This document shows, in pieces, positions 8,212 through 17,295 of a stretch of DNA of 28,658 bases; within the stretch, counting starts at the first letter, position 1, and each line of letters opens with the position of its first letter. This DNA comes from a virus. Its lineage: Duplodnaviria; Caudoviricetes. The stretch covers positions 1 to 28,658 of IMG/VR virus record IMGVR_UViG_3300025767_001799; one strand, written 5' to 3'. Position numbers and translations under genes: made by a program. The notes under the pieces are model-generated. The model was not told the DNA's origin. It was given only the letters and a program-made list of their open reading frames with translations, and did not search any database.

Positions 8212-9855
8212 ATGGCATTTAAATGGCTAAACAATGACTCACGGACATTCCTCAGCCGTGGGTATCTGCAACCAGGCGTCACTCCTGAAGACCGCGTCCG
8301 CAAAATCGCTGAAGCGGCTGAAGAAATTCTAGATCAACCTGGCTTTGCCAAAAAGTTTTATGACTATATGAGTATGGGCTTTTATAGCCTATCCTCTCCT
8401 GTATGGTCAAACTTTGGTGAAGAAACGGGACTTCCAATTTCGTGTAATGGCGTTTTGGTTGAAGACTCTATTGAAGAGATCCTACAAAAAACAGCAGAAG
8501 TAGGTGTACAGACAAAGCTTGGAGCTGGAACATCTGGGTTCTTTGGCAACATTCGACCTCGTGGAAGTCACATTAAAGGAGGAGGAAAGGCTGATGGACC
8601 TGTTCATTACCTACGCATGTTTGACGTTGGCACTGACGTTATTTCTCAAGGTACCACTCGCCGTGGGGCTTTTGCTGGTTATCTTAACATTGATCACCCT
8701 GATATCATGGAATTCCTAGAGATTCGTGAACCTGGTGCAGAAATTCAAAATATCAGTCTAGGCGTAACTATTCCTGATGAGTGGATGCAATCTATGATTG
8801 ATGGAGATACTGACAAGCGTAATATTTGGGCAGCTGTGCTTCGTAAACGCAAAGAAACTGGTTATCCATATTTGTTCTTCTCTGATACGATTAATGATAA
8901 CAAACCTCAGGTTCTTAAAGACAAAAACCTTCCAATTTGGGCATCAAACCTTTGTTCAGAAATTGCACTTCCATCAAGTGTAGAATGGACGTTCGTATGT
9001 AACCTATCATCTATGAACCTTGCTACATGGGATAAATGGAAATATACAGACGCTGTAGAAACTCTCACATATTTCCTAGATGCTGTTATGGAAGAATACA
9101 TTCGTAAGACAGATGGGCTACGTTTCATGGAATCAGCTAACTTGTTCGCGAAGACTTGGAGAGCACTCGGTATTGGTCAGCTTGGTTGGCATACACTTCT
9201 ACAAAAGAAACGTATCCCGTTTGAGTCATTCCATGCCCTTGAACTTACTGAAGAAATTAGTAAGTTTATTGACGAGAAATCTCTTGAAGCTTCTAAAGAG
9301 ATGGCAGAGGAATATGGCGTTCCTTCAGGTCTTATGGGATACGGTGTTCGTAACCTTACACGATGCGCTATTGCTCCTACAACATCTTCTAGCTTTATTC
9401 TTGGACAAGTATCACCATCGATTGAACCACTTGCATCAAACTATTTTGTAAAAGATCTTGCTAAAGGATCTTTCACTTATAAAAACCCACATCTTATGGC
9501 TGTTCTAGAAAGTTATTCTAAGAACAATGATGAAACATGGGATAGTATTTTGATGAAGAAAGGTTCTGTGCAACACTTGGACTTCTTGACTCAGAACGAA
9601 CGTGATGTGTTTAAAACTTTCTCTGAGATTAGTCCTATTAACGTAGTACAACAAGCCGCTGCAAGACAGACATATATAGATCAGAGCCAGTCTTTGAACT
9701 TGATGATTCCGCCTTCAGCTTCTGCTAAAGATGTTAATGCGTTGATTATTGAGGGATGGCGACTGGGTATTAAAACATTCTATTACCAGCGGTCGTCAAA
9801 TCCTGCACAGGAACTTGTTAGGGATATTATGACCTGCGTCAGTTGTGAGGCATAA
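8212..9855 (+). CDS. nrdA: Ribonucleotide reductase alpha subunit (short, no ATP cone)
   Basis: SSPVWSN, LPISC, SNLCSEI catalytic loop, AIAPTTSSS, DQSQSLNL, KTFYY and a C-terminal CVSC. Confidence 0.95.
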   Translation: MAFKWLNNDSRTFLSRGYLQPGVTPEDRVRKIAEAAEEILDQPGFAKKFYDYMSMGFYSLSSPVWSNFGEETGLPISCNGVLVEDSIEEILQKTAEVGVQTKLGAGTSGFFGNIRPRGSHIKGGGKADGPVHYLRMFDVGTDVISQGTTRRGAFAGYLNIDHPDIMEFLEIREPGAEIQNISLGVTIPDEWMQSMIDGDTDKRNIWAAVLRKRKETGYPYLFFSDTINDNKPQVLKDKNLPIWASNLCSEIALPSSVEWTFVCNLSSMNLATWDKWKYTDAVETLTYFLDAVMEEYIRKTDGLRFMESANLFAKTWRALGIGQLGWHTLLQKKRIPFESFHALELTEEISKFIDEKSLEASKEMAEEYGVPSGLMGYGVRNLTRCAIAPTTSSSFILGQVSPSIEPLASNYFVKDLAKGSFTYKNPHLMAVLESYSKNNDETWDSILMKKGSVQHLDFLTQNERDVFKTFSEISPINVVQQAAARQTYIDQSQSLNLMIPPSASAKDVNALIIEGWRLGIKTFYYQRSSNPAQELVRDIMTCVSCEA

Positions 9856-9856
9856 A

Positions 9857-10012
9857 TTGAAAATAGCAGAATATATTTGCGAATGTGATTACTGCGACTC
9901 GGAAACCCGAGTCGTGGTAATTAACGAAAGAGAAGAACCATTGTTTTGTTCTATGTGTGGGCAAGAATCTAACCATGCTTTTCTTGATGGAGAAGAAGAT
10001 AGCGATGAGTGA
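9857..10012 (+). CDS. Small zinc-ribbon protein (51 aa, TTG start; not in ORF track)
   Basis: MKIAEYICECDYCDSETRVVVINEREEPLFCSMCGQESNHAFLDGEEDSDE has two CxxC pairs. GAGG SD. Fills the gap between nrdA and the next gene. Confidence 0.7.
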   Translation: MKIAEYICECDYCDSETRVVVINEREEPLFCSMCGQESNHAFLDGEEDSDE

Positions 10013-10595
10013 AAATTTTTATATTTTAAATAACTTTCCACAAGAGTTTTTGGATGAAGTAAGAAAATATTGGGATGAGAATCATACTAATATGGAAACG
10101 ATGGAGTGGGCCGGGGATCGAAAGGTGGCCGGCACTGTTACCAGAAAGAAAATGAAATCATATGATTTACCTGACGATTATCTTGTTAAAAAATTTAAAG
10201 AAATTTTTGATTCTCCTTTAGTCAAAGAAGGCTCTTTTGGGTATCTGTATTATGCGGCGGGTTCTGGCCATTTTATTCACCACTACGATATTGGCAGAAC
10301 GGCAGGCATTAATATGCCTGTTTGCGTGGATTATGACAATAGCGTTTTTTATTCCGGTGATAACGGGGAAGAATTAAATGACTCGGACTGGGATTCTATG
10401 TATCGTGGCGAAATGGAATTTGAGTTTAGACCAGAAAATTATAAATTTTATAATATGAGAAAACCTATTCTTTTTAATGCAAAATGCCCACACAATTTTG
10501 CTAATTGGGCGAATACAGATAGAGTTTTATTTACATTAAATTTTAGTTCTACAGCTAAAGAGATGAAAGAATTGCTTCCGCAAGAATGGTTTTAA
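10005..10595 (+). CDS. 2OG-Fe(II) oxygenase-like (double-stranded beta-helix) protein
   Basis: HYD...PHN...DRV facial triad/Arg pattern. Likely start ATG 10005 overlaps the upstream ORF end. Confidence 0.6.
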   Translation: MSENFYILNNFPQEFLDEVRKYWDENHTNMETMEWAGDRKVAGTVTRKKMKSYDLPDDYLVKKFKEIFDSPLVKEGSFGYLYYAAGSGHFIHHYDIGRTAGINMPVCVDYDNSVFYSGDNGEELNDSDWDSMYRGEMEFEFRPENYKFYNMRKPILFNAKCPHNFANWANTDRVLFTLNFSSTAKEMKELLPQEWF

Positions 10596-10646
10596 AGTTC
10601 CATATATAATACATAATGACACTTTAATGAATTGTTGATGTAACAT

Positions 10647-11063
10647 ATGTGGTACTATAATAATGAGGCTTACGAGCCATCTGAAGAAGACTTAAAGGAA
10701 TGGGTAGGATTTGTGTATGTTATTACCGATAAATCCAATAATAAGATGTACGTTGGAAAGAAGACGTTTTGGTCTAAACGAACATTACCTCCGCTCAAAG
10801 GCAAAACCCGTAAAAGAAGAAGTGTTGTCGAATCAGATTGGAAATCCTATTATGGATCCTCTGATCTGGTTAAGCAACTGTTACTTGAGGCCGGCGAACA
10901 AAACTTCCATCGTGAAATATTATACTTTTGTAAATCAAAGGGAGAGATGGGATACCTAGAAGCCAAAGAACAATTTGATAGAAATGTATTACTAGATGAT
11001 AGCTATTACAATGGTATCATTAACTGCAAAATACACCGGTCCCATGTTAAATCTTTAAAATGA
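10647..11063 (+). CDS. GIY-YIG family nuclease
   Basis: GFVYVIT...MYVGKK, YYGSS, and a conserved E and YN near the C-terminus. Confidence 0.75.
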   Translation: MWYYNNEAYEPSEEDLKEWVGFVYVITDKSNNKMYVGKKTFWSKRTLPPLKGKTRKRRSVVESDWKSYYGSSDLVKQLLLEAGEQNFHREILYFCKSKGEMGYLEAKEQFDRNVLLDDSYYNGIINCKIHRSHVKSLK

Positions 11064-11632
11064 AAACTATTAATTTAGATATTACGCATCGGTGTACACT
11101 CCAATGCATTAATTGTCAGAGATCAATTTATAAAAAAGTTCCTGGCTATGACATGCCTATTGAAGAATATATAAAGATAGCTGATTATTTTGATGCAATA
11201 AGATTTTGTGGAAATATTTCGGATCCAGTATTTAATCCAAATTTCATAGATTTTCTTCGAATAAACTATGAAAGAAATATTAAAACAAAAGTGCATAACG
11301 CTGCCACCGGAAAATCGCTAGATTGGTATAAGCGCGCCTTTGCCTCAAATCCGGATGCTTTATGGATTTTTGGTATAGATGGTTTACCAAAGGATAGCCA
11401 CATATACAGAAAAAACCAAAGGGGTCATGAGCTTTTTGAAGCTATGAAGCTATGTAATAGTATGGGGTTACATACTATTTGGCAACATATTATATTTAGG
11501 TATAACGAAAATACTATGGACGAATGCAAACGCATAGCCTTAGAAAATAATATAGAGTTAGTATTCATAAAATCAAATAGATGGCGTAAAGACGATCCAC
11601 TTAAGCCATTAAATCAGAATAATTACATATGA
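11060..11632 (+). CDS. Radical SAM protein (core domain only)
   Basis: CTLQCINC (CxxxCxxC), CGNISDP, FGIDG, and IIFRYNE. Confidence 0.85.
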   Translation: MKTINLDITHRCTLQCINCQRSIYKKVPGYDMPIEEYIKIADYFDAIRFCGNISDPVFNPNFIDFLRINYERNIKTKVHNAATGKSLDWYKRAFASNPDALWIFGIDGLPKDSHIYRKNQRGHELFEAMKLCNSMGLHTIWQHIIFRYNENTMDECKRIALENNIELVFIKSNRWRKDDPLKPLNQNNYI

Positions 11633-11940
11633 AGACACTTTATCCAAAATGCTTAGAAGATAATGGAGAGTTCGGCAACACGAGTACAGGGTATTTGTTA
11701 CCATGTTGTTGGTGGGATCAACCCGATTTATTTGAAAGTGATATAAGAGAATTATTAAAAGATAAATTTAAATTGAGTAATGCAAATTCCGTGGATGATA
11801 TAGTAAACTCAGATGAATGGTCTTCTTTTTATGATAATTTAAGAAACAACATTGGTCCGGATCATTGCTTTAACATGTGCGGCAAAGCTGGTAAAAATTA
11901 TGAAATAAAGTGTTTACAACTAAATAGTCCTATGGTATAA
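11629..11940 (+). CDS. Stand-alone SPASM/twitch-like auxiliary Fe-S domain
   Basis: PKC...GYLLPCCW...CFNMC. ATGA overlap with the radical SAM gene. Confidence 0.7.
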   Translation: MKTLYPKCLEDNGEFGNTSTGYLLPCCWWDQPDLFESDIRELLKDKFKLSNANSVDDIVNSDEWSSFYDNLRNNIGPDHCFNMCGKAGKNYEIKCLQLNSPMV

Positions 11941-11941
11941 C
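11913..11941 (+). promoter_or_regulatory. Early-type promoter
   Basis: GTTTACA, 17-bp spacer, TATAAC, then strong SD TAAGGAG. Confidence 0.65.
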
Positions 11942-11965
11942 AGTTATATCATAAGGAGACACACA

Positions 11966-12313
11966 ATGATTATCATTCACCAAATCAAACTCACTGAAGA
12001 TCAAATTGTGGCAGGACACACTGGGACGGTAGTTCCTGCTTTTGAAGCAAAAATGAGTGTTCAGTTTCGCGCCGATAACTTTAAGACTGAAAATTTTAAA
12101 TTCTACACAGAAACAGTCTCGGTAGACACTGATGATCTTGAAGTTGCCTTTGAAGCTACAAACTTGTGGAATATGCCACAGATTACAAAAAAATTCAGTG
12201 ATGCTGTCTACTCATCTTCAGTAGGTGATATTTTCCAGAAAGGTGATAGATACTTTATGGTTGATACCTTTGGATTTAAAGAGCTTTACTTCTTCGCAGA
12301 TGAGCTTATCTAA
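11966..12313 (+). CDS. Early hypothetical protein with YodL-like motif
   Basis: SSSVGDIF...YFMVDTFGF resembles the SxSVGD motif of YodL-like domains. Confidence 0.5.
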   Translation: MIIIHQIKLTEDQIVAGHTGTVVPAFEAKMSVQFRADNFKTENFKFYTETVSVDTDDLEVAFEATNLWNMPQITKKFSDAVYSSSVGDIFQKGDRYFMVDTFGFKELYFFADELI

Positions 12314-12316
12314 ATT

Positions 12317-12347
12317 ATAGGCAGGGTTTACATTCCCTGCCTATTTT
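12317..12347 (+). terminator. Intrinsic terminator-like hairpin enclosing a -35 box
   Basis: ATAGGCAGGG / CCCTGCCTAT 10-bp perfect stem, loop TTTACATT, followed by TTT. Confidence 0.6.
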
Positions 12348-12355
12348 AGTATAAT
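12327..12355 (+). promoter_or_regulatory. Early-type promoter for rnh
   Basis: TTTACA, 17-bp spacer, TATAAT. Confidence 0.7.
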
Positions 12356-12382
12356 GTATAGATTAAACAAAGGAAGTATACA

Positions 12383-13234
12383 ATGATCTTGATTGACTAT
12401 TCAGGCATCTCTATTGCCCCTATTGCTATGGGTGCAGTAAAGTGGGATGATGAAAACCTTATTCGCCACATGATTTTGAACAGTATTCGCTCATATCGCA
12501 AGAAGTTTAAATCATATGGCGACGTAATTATCGTAGGAGATAATGGCGGCAACTGGCGTAAAGACGTCTATCCTGAGTACAAAGGTAAACGAAATAAAAC
12601 TCGTGATGAGTCTAAAATTGACTGGGATGTGGCATTCAAAAGTATCAACCTAGTCTTAGATGAAATTCGTGGTAACTTTCCATATAAAGTTATTAAACAA
12701 TATGGTTGCGAAGCGGATGACACTATTGCAGAAATCACAAAGTGGACTCAAGAGTTTGGTAACTATGAGGAAGTTATGATCGTATCTGCTGATAAAGACT
12801 TCAAGCAGCTTCAGAAATATGGAAACGTGTCGCAGTATTCGACTATTACTAAAAAGCTGGTAAAGGTTGAAAACCCTCGCTTAGAACTTATGGAGCATAT
12901 CCTTAAGGGCGATCAAGGTGACGGTGTGCCCAATGTTCTTTCCGATGATAGAGTATTTGTTGAAGAACGGCGTCAAAACGTCCTATCAGCCAAGAAAAAG
13001 GCAGCTCTTTTAGAAGACCCTAAATCTTTGGGTGAAGAAGTATATCGCAATTATCTTAGAAATAAAAAGATGATTGATTTAACAGAAGACTCGGCGTGTC
13101 CTGAGTCTGTAAAACAAGAAATCATAAATAGTTTTGTAAGCCAAGATCCGTCTGGCAATAGTAAAAAAGTTATGAATTATTTAATTATGAAGCGTTGTAG
13201 GCTTCTATTGGAATGTGTGGGAGACTTTATTTAA
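12383..13234 (+). CDS. rnh: T4-type RNase H / 5'-3' exonuclease
   Basis: MILID, WRK..YPEYKGKR, EADD, SADKDFKQLQ, and GDQGDGVPN. Confidence 0.92.
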   Translation: MILIDYSGISIAPIAMGAVKWDDENLIRHMILNSIRSYRKKFKSYGDVIIVGDNGGNWRKDVYPEYKGKRNKTRDESKIDWDVAFKSINLVLDEIRGNFPYKVIKQYGCEADDTIAEITKWTQEFGNYEEVMIVSADKDFKQLQKYGNVSQYSTITKKLVKVENPRLELMEHILKGDQGDGVPNVLSDDRVFVEERRQNVLSAKKKAALLEDPKSLGEEVYRNYLRNKKMIDLTEDSACPESVKQEIINSFVSQDPSGNSKKVMNYLIMKRCRLLLECVGDFI

Positions 13235-13647
13235 TGGCACTAATGGTATATGAAGTTTTGGAAAAATTTGCCAAAGCTGAAACACGTAATGAAAAGATTA
13301 AAATTCTACAAGATAATAATAGTCAGGCGCTGCGTGACATTATTCAAGGTTCGTTAGATCCTCGTATCGTATGGTTGTTGCCTAAGGGCGATGTTCCATA
13401 TACGGCGTGTGACCCACATAACGCACCTACAACCCTACTAAAGAAACATAAAGACTTCTTATATTGTGCTAAAGGTGGCAAGGGCGATAATATGCCTTCC
13501 ATTAAGCGTGAAAAGATTTTCCTTGGGATTGTCGAGTCCATTCATCCTAAGGACGCAGAATTGGTGTGCAAAATGATTAACAAAAAGCCGCCAGTAAAAG
13601 GTCTAACTGTAAAACTAGCACAGGAGGCATTCCCTGGCTTGCTATAG
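13234..13647 (+). CDS. Conserved T4-like phage hypothetical protein
   Basis: WLLPKG.VPY...KREKIF...HPKDAEL motif that I recall next to rnh in marine T4-like phages. TAATG coupling. Confidence 0.7.
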   Translation: MALMVYEVLEKFAKAETRNEKIKILQDNNSQALRDIIQGSLDPRIVWLLPKGDVPYTACDPHNAPTTLLKKHKDFLYCAKGGKGDNMPSIKREKIFLGIVESIHPKDAELVCKMINKKPPVKGLTVKLAQEAFPGLL

Positions 13648-13676
13648 TTTAGACATTAATTTTAAACCTTAATCAG

Positions 13677-13709
13677 AAGTGTGTTCGTTTATGCGATCAC
13701 ACTTTTTTT
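13677..13709 (+). terminator. Intrinsic terminator
   Basis: AAGTGTG...CACACTT stem followed by a T run. Confidence 0.55.
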
Positions 13710-13725
13710 ATTTGGAGACAAACTT

Positions 13726-13899
13726 ATGGTTTCAGCAACAATCGACCGCTTAAAGAAAGATTCACGAAATCTCGGATGGGCAGCGGAGAGATATAGAAAA
13801 CAAGGAAGAACGGATAGAATGTATAAAGTATTAAATAAGAAAGCTTATCTAGACGACCAAATTGCTGAAATAGAAGAAACGCTCCTAATAGCTGCATAG
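13726..13899 (+). CDS. Small hypothetical protein (57 aa)
   Basis: SD GGAG before ATG 13726; helical charged sequence. Confidence 0.55.
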   Translation: MVSATIDRLKKDSRNLGWAAERYRKQGRTDRMYKVLNKKAYLDDQIAEIEETLLIAA

Positions 13900-13905
13900 T
13901 TATAC

Positions 13906-13950
13906 AATAGCCTCGGTTGCAAAAATAAATGCAATCGGGGCTATTTTTTT
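13906..13950 (+). terminator. Intrinsic terminator
   Basis: 16-bp stem AATAGCCTCGGTTGCA / TGCAATCGGGGCTATT (with G-U pairs) followed by a T run. Confidence 0.8.
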
Positions 13951-13951
13951 A

Positions 13952-13980
13952 TGTACAGCACTAATATTGTAGTGTAGAAC
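13952..13980 (+). promoter_or_regulatory. Early-type promoter (variant)
   Basis: TGTACA, 17-bp spacer, TAGAAC, followed by a TAAGGAG SD. Confidence 0.45.
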
Positions 13981-14004
13981 TTATATAACATAAGGAGATA
14001 CACT

Positions 14005-14196
14005 ATGACATTCATGACTTTCAATTCAAACCACGGTGTTCACGCAGCAACAAATTGCCTCGTAGATCTTACCATTCTTGAAACTCTCAACACATTTGTT
14101 GTATCGACTGAAAAAACTCAGGATGAATTTCAAACTTGGACCGATGCGGTTAAGTTTGCCGAGTGGAAATTTGGCGTTAAATTTAACCTAAAATAA
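14005..14196 (+). CDS. Small early hypothetical protein
   Basis: Strong SD TAAGGAG; lies between two promoters. Confidence 0.6.
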   Translation: MTFMTFNSNHGVHAATNCLVDLTILETLNTFVVSTEKTQDEFQTWTDAVKFAEWKFGVKFNLK

Positions 14197-14199
14197 GGG

Positions 14200-14227
14200 T
14201 GTACAAACCCTTCAAACTCTGTATAAT
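14200..14227 (+). promoter_or_regulatory. Early-type promoter
   Basis: TGTACA, 16-bp spacer, TATAAT. The -35 lies mostly in the loop of an AAGGGT/ACCCTT inverted repeat. Confidence 0.55.
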
Positions 14228-14260
14228 AAAGTTAACAACTTTAAGGTGGGACAGTATACC

Positions 14261-14821
14261 ATGAATATCTTCATTCTTGACAAAAATCCAATTCAAGCAG
14301 CACGACTTCAGTGTGACAAACATGTAGTAAAGATGATCGTAGAGTCTGCTCAGATGCTCTCTACTGCACATCGTATGCTAGACGGTGATGTGACTAAGAT
14401 CCCTTCAAAGTCAGGTAAACGTATGGTAAAGGCATGGACACTTCCAGACGAGCGTGAAGATACCATGTATAAAGCCGTTCATATGGGTCACCCTTGCACA
14501 GTATGGACTATGGAGTCTGTAGAAAATTATCGCTGGCACCATGAGCACTTTGTTGCACTATGCGACGAATATGAGTATCGCTATGGTAAGGTTCATGCAA
14601 CAGATAAACTTCTACGTTATTGGCTACATCAACCACCAAAAAATATTCCAAAGGTATCTATGACTCCATTTAAGCTTGCTATGGGTATTGCTCCAGAATG
14701 TATTAACGAAGCAGATCCAGTAGGTTCATACCGTTCATTCTATCAGACAAAGCAAGATAAATTCTCTATGGTTTGGACAAAACGTAAAACGCCAGATTGG
14801 TTCGAAAGAAAGGTAGCATAA
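14261..14821 (+). CDS. Pyrimidine-dimer DNA glycosylase (DenV/endonuclease V-like)
   Basis: MNIFILD...CDKHVVKMIVESAQMLST...HPCTVW...EYEYRYGKVH. Confidence 0.8.
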   Translation: MNIFILDKNPIQAARLQCDKHVVKMIVESAQMLSTAHRMLDGDVTKIPSKSGKRMVKAWTLPDEREDTMYKAVHMGHPCTVWTMESVENYRWHHEHFVALCDEYEYRYGKVHATDKLLRYWLHQPPKNIPKVSMTPFKLAMGIAPECINEADPVGSYRSFYQTKQDKFSMVWTKRKTPDWFERKVA

Positions 14822-15054
14822 TGAGACTTGATAATCTTACAAAAGACCAAGCAGACATGTGTGATATTATTTGGAATGTTGACACATATGACGAATTTAA
14901 GCATTTGTCAAAAGATTGGTCTGAAGAAAAACGTCAAATGGCAGTGACTCTAATGCATATTATGGGTTATGAAGATTTAGAACTAGAGATTGGAAAAATG
15001 CAAACATATCCCATTGCTGAAGCTATTATCCAAAAGGTTAAAAATGGAAGTTAA
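14821..15054 (+). CDS. Hypothetical protein
   Basis: TAATG coupling to the upstream gene. Confidence 0.55.
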   Translation: MRLDNLTKDQADMCDIIWNVDTYDEFKHLSKDWSEEKRQMAVTLMHIMGYEDLELEIGKMQTYPIAEAIIQKVKNGS

Positions 15055-15601
15055 TTTTCTTGGTCATAAGCTTTCATCTTTGCAGGAGTCTATTGTATAT
15101 AATGCAGTAGATTCGGCGCTTGATTTTCTCATGTCTAAAAGACTTAAGAAAACTATGATTATAGATATTCACATCGTCAAGGATTTGATTTATAAGAATA
15201 TGGTATGGGGTGATGTTGCTCCAGAAGATGAAGACCGATCACCTAAAATATTCGAACTTCGCCTGAACTATTCTGGCATTAAATCATTCGAAAAACTAAT
15301 GGAGACATTATCACATGAACTCGTTCACCTCACTCAGTTTGCTACTCGTCGTTTGTATTATTTTTCTGATGGTGACACAGCCAGATTTGATGGGCAACGA
15401 TATTCCCTTGATGATACAAAATACAACGACCGACCTTGGGAAATAGAAGCTTTTTGGCTTGAGTATCAAGTATTTGATCGTATAATGGAAGAGAATAAAA
15501 ACATTGCCAAATACATCGAAAAGAAAAGTCAAAAAGGCTGGGGATACTCAGCAGAATCAGAGCTTTTTTCAACAAAATCTGATTACGTTGGAGTCGCTTG
15601 A
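15044..15601 (+). CDS. Zincin-like metallopeptidase domain protein
   Basis: TLSHELVHLTQ (HExxH) and PWEIEA third-ligand motif. Confidence 0.7.
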   Translation: MEVNFLGHKLSSLQESIVYNAVDSALDFLMSKRLKKTMIIDIHIVKDLIYKNMVWGDVAPEDEDRSPKIFELRLNYSGIKSFEKLMETLSHELVHLTQFATRRLYYFSDGDTARFDGQRYSLDDTKYNDRPWEIEAFWLEYQVFDRIMEENKNIAKYIEKKSQKGWGYSAESELFSTKSDYVGVA

Positions 15602-15947
15602 ATTTGGCAAGGAAGGCACAAAACTTCGTTTAGTTGAATCAGAATCTGGAAAAACACGATATATACAACTGTGGTCTTCCCTATCTAAACAATGGAATAC
15701 CGCATATCGATATAATATCGAAATAGAATGGCAAAAGTGGAAAAAATTACATGCCCGTATATACGCTAAAGGACCTAAAAAGTCAAGACCAGTGGGACGT
15801 GACGTGCAGCTGGGACGAACTACAGACAATGCTAAACGAACAACCAGACGTAAAGCAGGTGCTGTCAGCCCCAAAGATAGTAAGCAGCCGAATGGGAAAC
15901 AACGATCTAAAAGTACCGGACGGATTCAAGGATCTGCTAAAAAATAA
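15504..15947 (+). CDS. Hypothetical protein overlapping both neighbours (start uncertain)
   Basis: It is the only + strand ORF in the track covering 15602-15750. Trp-rich globular middle and basic low-complexity tail. Confidence 0.4.
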   Translation: MPNTSKRKVKKAGDTQQNQSFFQQNLITLESLEFGKEGTKLRLVESESGKTRYIQLWSSLSKQWNTAYRYNIEIEWQKWKKLHARIYAKGPKKSRPVGRDVQLGRTTDNAKRTTRRKAGAVSPKDSKQPNGKQRSKSTGRIQGSAKK

Positions 15948-15990
15948 AGTTAAAAAAGGCTCAGGAAAGGGCAACACCGTTAATGTCTAG
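15751..15990 (+). CDS. FmdB-like small phage protein
   Basis: MPVYTL...APKIVS...VPDGFKDLL pattern, which I recall occurring upstream of phoH in T4-like phages. Confidence 0.65.
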   Translation: MPVYTLKDLKSQDQWDVTCSWDELQTMLNEQPDVKQVLSAPKIVSSRMGNNDLKVPDGFKDLLKNKVKKGSGKGNTVNV

Positions 15991-16672
15991 ATCATATTCT
16001 TCTAATGCTATTCGCATAGAGCATCTTCCATCATTCAACCCTTTGACTGAAAATCAGAAAAAAGCATATAATGATTGGAAAGATAATAAAAGCCATCTAG
16101 TACTTTCTGGTTCTGCCGGTACTGGTAAAACATACATGGGCATTCGCTTTGCTATGGAAGCCGTTCTCGATAAAGAAAGCCCATATGAGCAACTTGTAAT
16201 TGTACGCTCAATTGTGCCCTCGCGTGATATCGGATTCTTGCCGGGCATGGAAGAAAAGCTTGATCCATACAAGAAGCCATACCAACAGCTTTTGACTGAG
16301 ATTTTTAATAACAAAGAAGCGTGGTCTAAGCTTGAAGCAACTGGTCGTGTTGTATTTGAACCTACATCATTCTTACGTGGTACATCATATCATAATGCAA
16401 TTATCCTTGTTGATGAGATGCAGAACCTAAACTTTCATGAGCTTGATACCGTTGCTACCCGTGTAGGTAATAACTGCCGAATGATTATGTCCGGGGATTA
16501 TTACCAGTCAGACTTCGATAAAGAAGATGAAAAGAATGGTATTCTTACGTTCATGCGCATTGTCGAAGACATGGCCAAGTTCGAGATCACCGAATTTACA
16601 TGGAAAGATATTGTCCGCTCAGACTTTGTTCGTGACTATATTATGACGAAAGAGATGTTAGGAATTAAGTAA
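15983..16672 (+). CDS. phoH: PhoH-like ATPase
   Basis: GSAGTGKT Walker A, IGFLPG, LRG, DEMQN, GDYYQSD, and DIVRS. Confidence 0.93.
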   Translation: MSRSYSSNAIRIEHLPSFNPLTENQKKAYNDWKDNKSHLVLSGSAGTGKTYMGIRFAMEAVLDKESPYEQLVIVRSIVPSRDIGFLPGMEEKLDPYKKPYQQLLTEIFNNKEAWSKLEATGRVVFEPTSFLRGTSYHNAIILVDEMQNLNFHELDTVATRVGNNCRMIMSGDYYQSDFDKEDEKNGILTFMRIVEDMAKFEITEFTWKDIVRSDFVRDYIMTKEMLGIK

Positions 16673-17292
16673 TGGATAAAACTCAAATAGGTTTAGATTG
16701 GCTACAAAATCAAAGTGAAGATGTATTTTGTGAAAAGACTATTGTTGCAGACAAGGACCATCTTAAAACTCTTCAAAATTTAAGCCGTTCAGAAGAATAT
16801 CATAGCGGCTTTGCTGTGACTCCAGTGGGATCGTGGAAGATATTTCCTAAGCTTGAAGATCATCCGGATCTATATGAATACCTTGAAAAGAATACGTATC
16901 CATATGATCAGCCTATTGGATCTTATTGGATGAAGTGGTATGGACCAGGTCATTTTGCTGGTATGCACCAAGATCAATATGGATCTTATGCACAAAATGA
17001 TACGACTAATAGTGTCTGGTACGTAACATCTATACTTGTTGACTGCAAAAATATGGTTGGTGGAGAGTTAGTTATTGCTGGAGATACCTCGTTTTTGAAT
17101 ACACATGTTATTGCTGAAAGAATGAAAGTACTGAATATTACTACCCCGGGAAACGGAGCTTGTTGGAATCAATATACACAACATGGTGTTGCCGAAATTT
17201 TAGAAGGTGAAAGAGTAACATTGATGATCGCTAAAAAAAGTAATGAACCTAGAGACCCATATCTAATTAAGCAAGAGACAATTCAGGAATAA
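16672..17292 (+). CDS. 2OG-Fe(II) oxygenase
   Basis: HQD...GGEL...HGV...GERVTL (HxD...H...R). Confidence 0.75.
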   Translation: MDKTQIGLDWLQNQSEDVFCEKTIVADKDHLKTLQNLSRSEEYHSGFAVTPVGSWKIFPKLEDHPDLYEYLEKNTYPYDQPIGSYWMKWYGPGHFAGMHQDQYGSYAQNDTTNSVWYVTSILVDCKNMVGGELVIAGDTSFLNTHVIAERMKVLNITTPGNGACWNQYTQHGVAEILEGERVTLMIAKKSNEPRDPYLIKQETIQE

Positions 17293-17295
17293 ATT

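Noticed and set aside
7233-9855. Group I intron or intein in nrdB/nrdA (common in T4-like phages)
   Set aside because: Both ORFs are uninterrupted and of minimal length.
10647-11063. Mobile homing endonuclease
   Set aside because: It is a short GIY-YIG domain without an obvious DNA-binding tail or intron context, and resembles a conserved T4-like core nuclease; mobility is unsupported.
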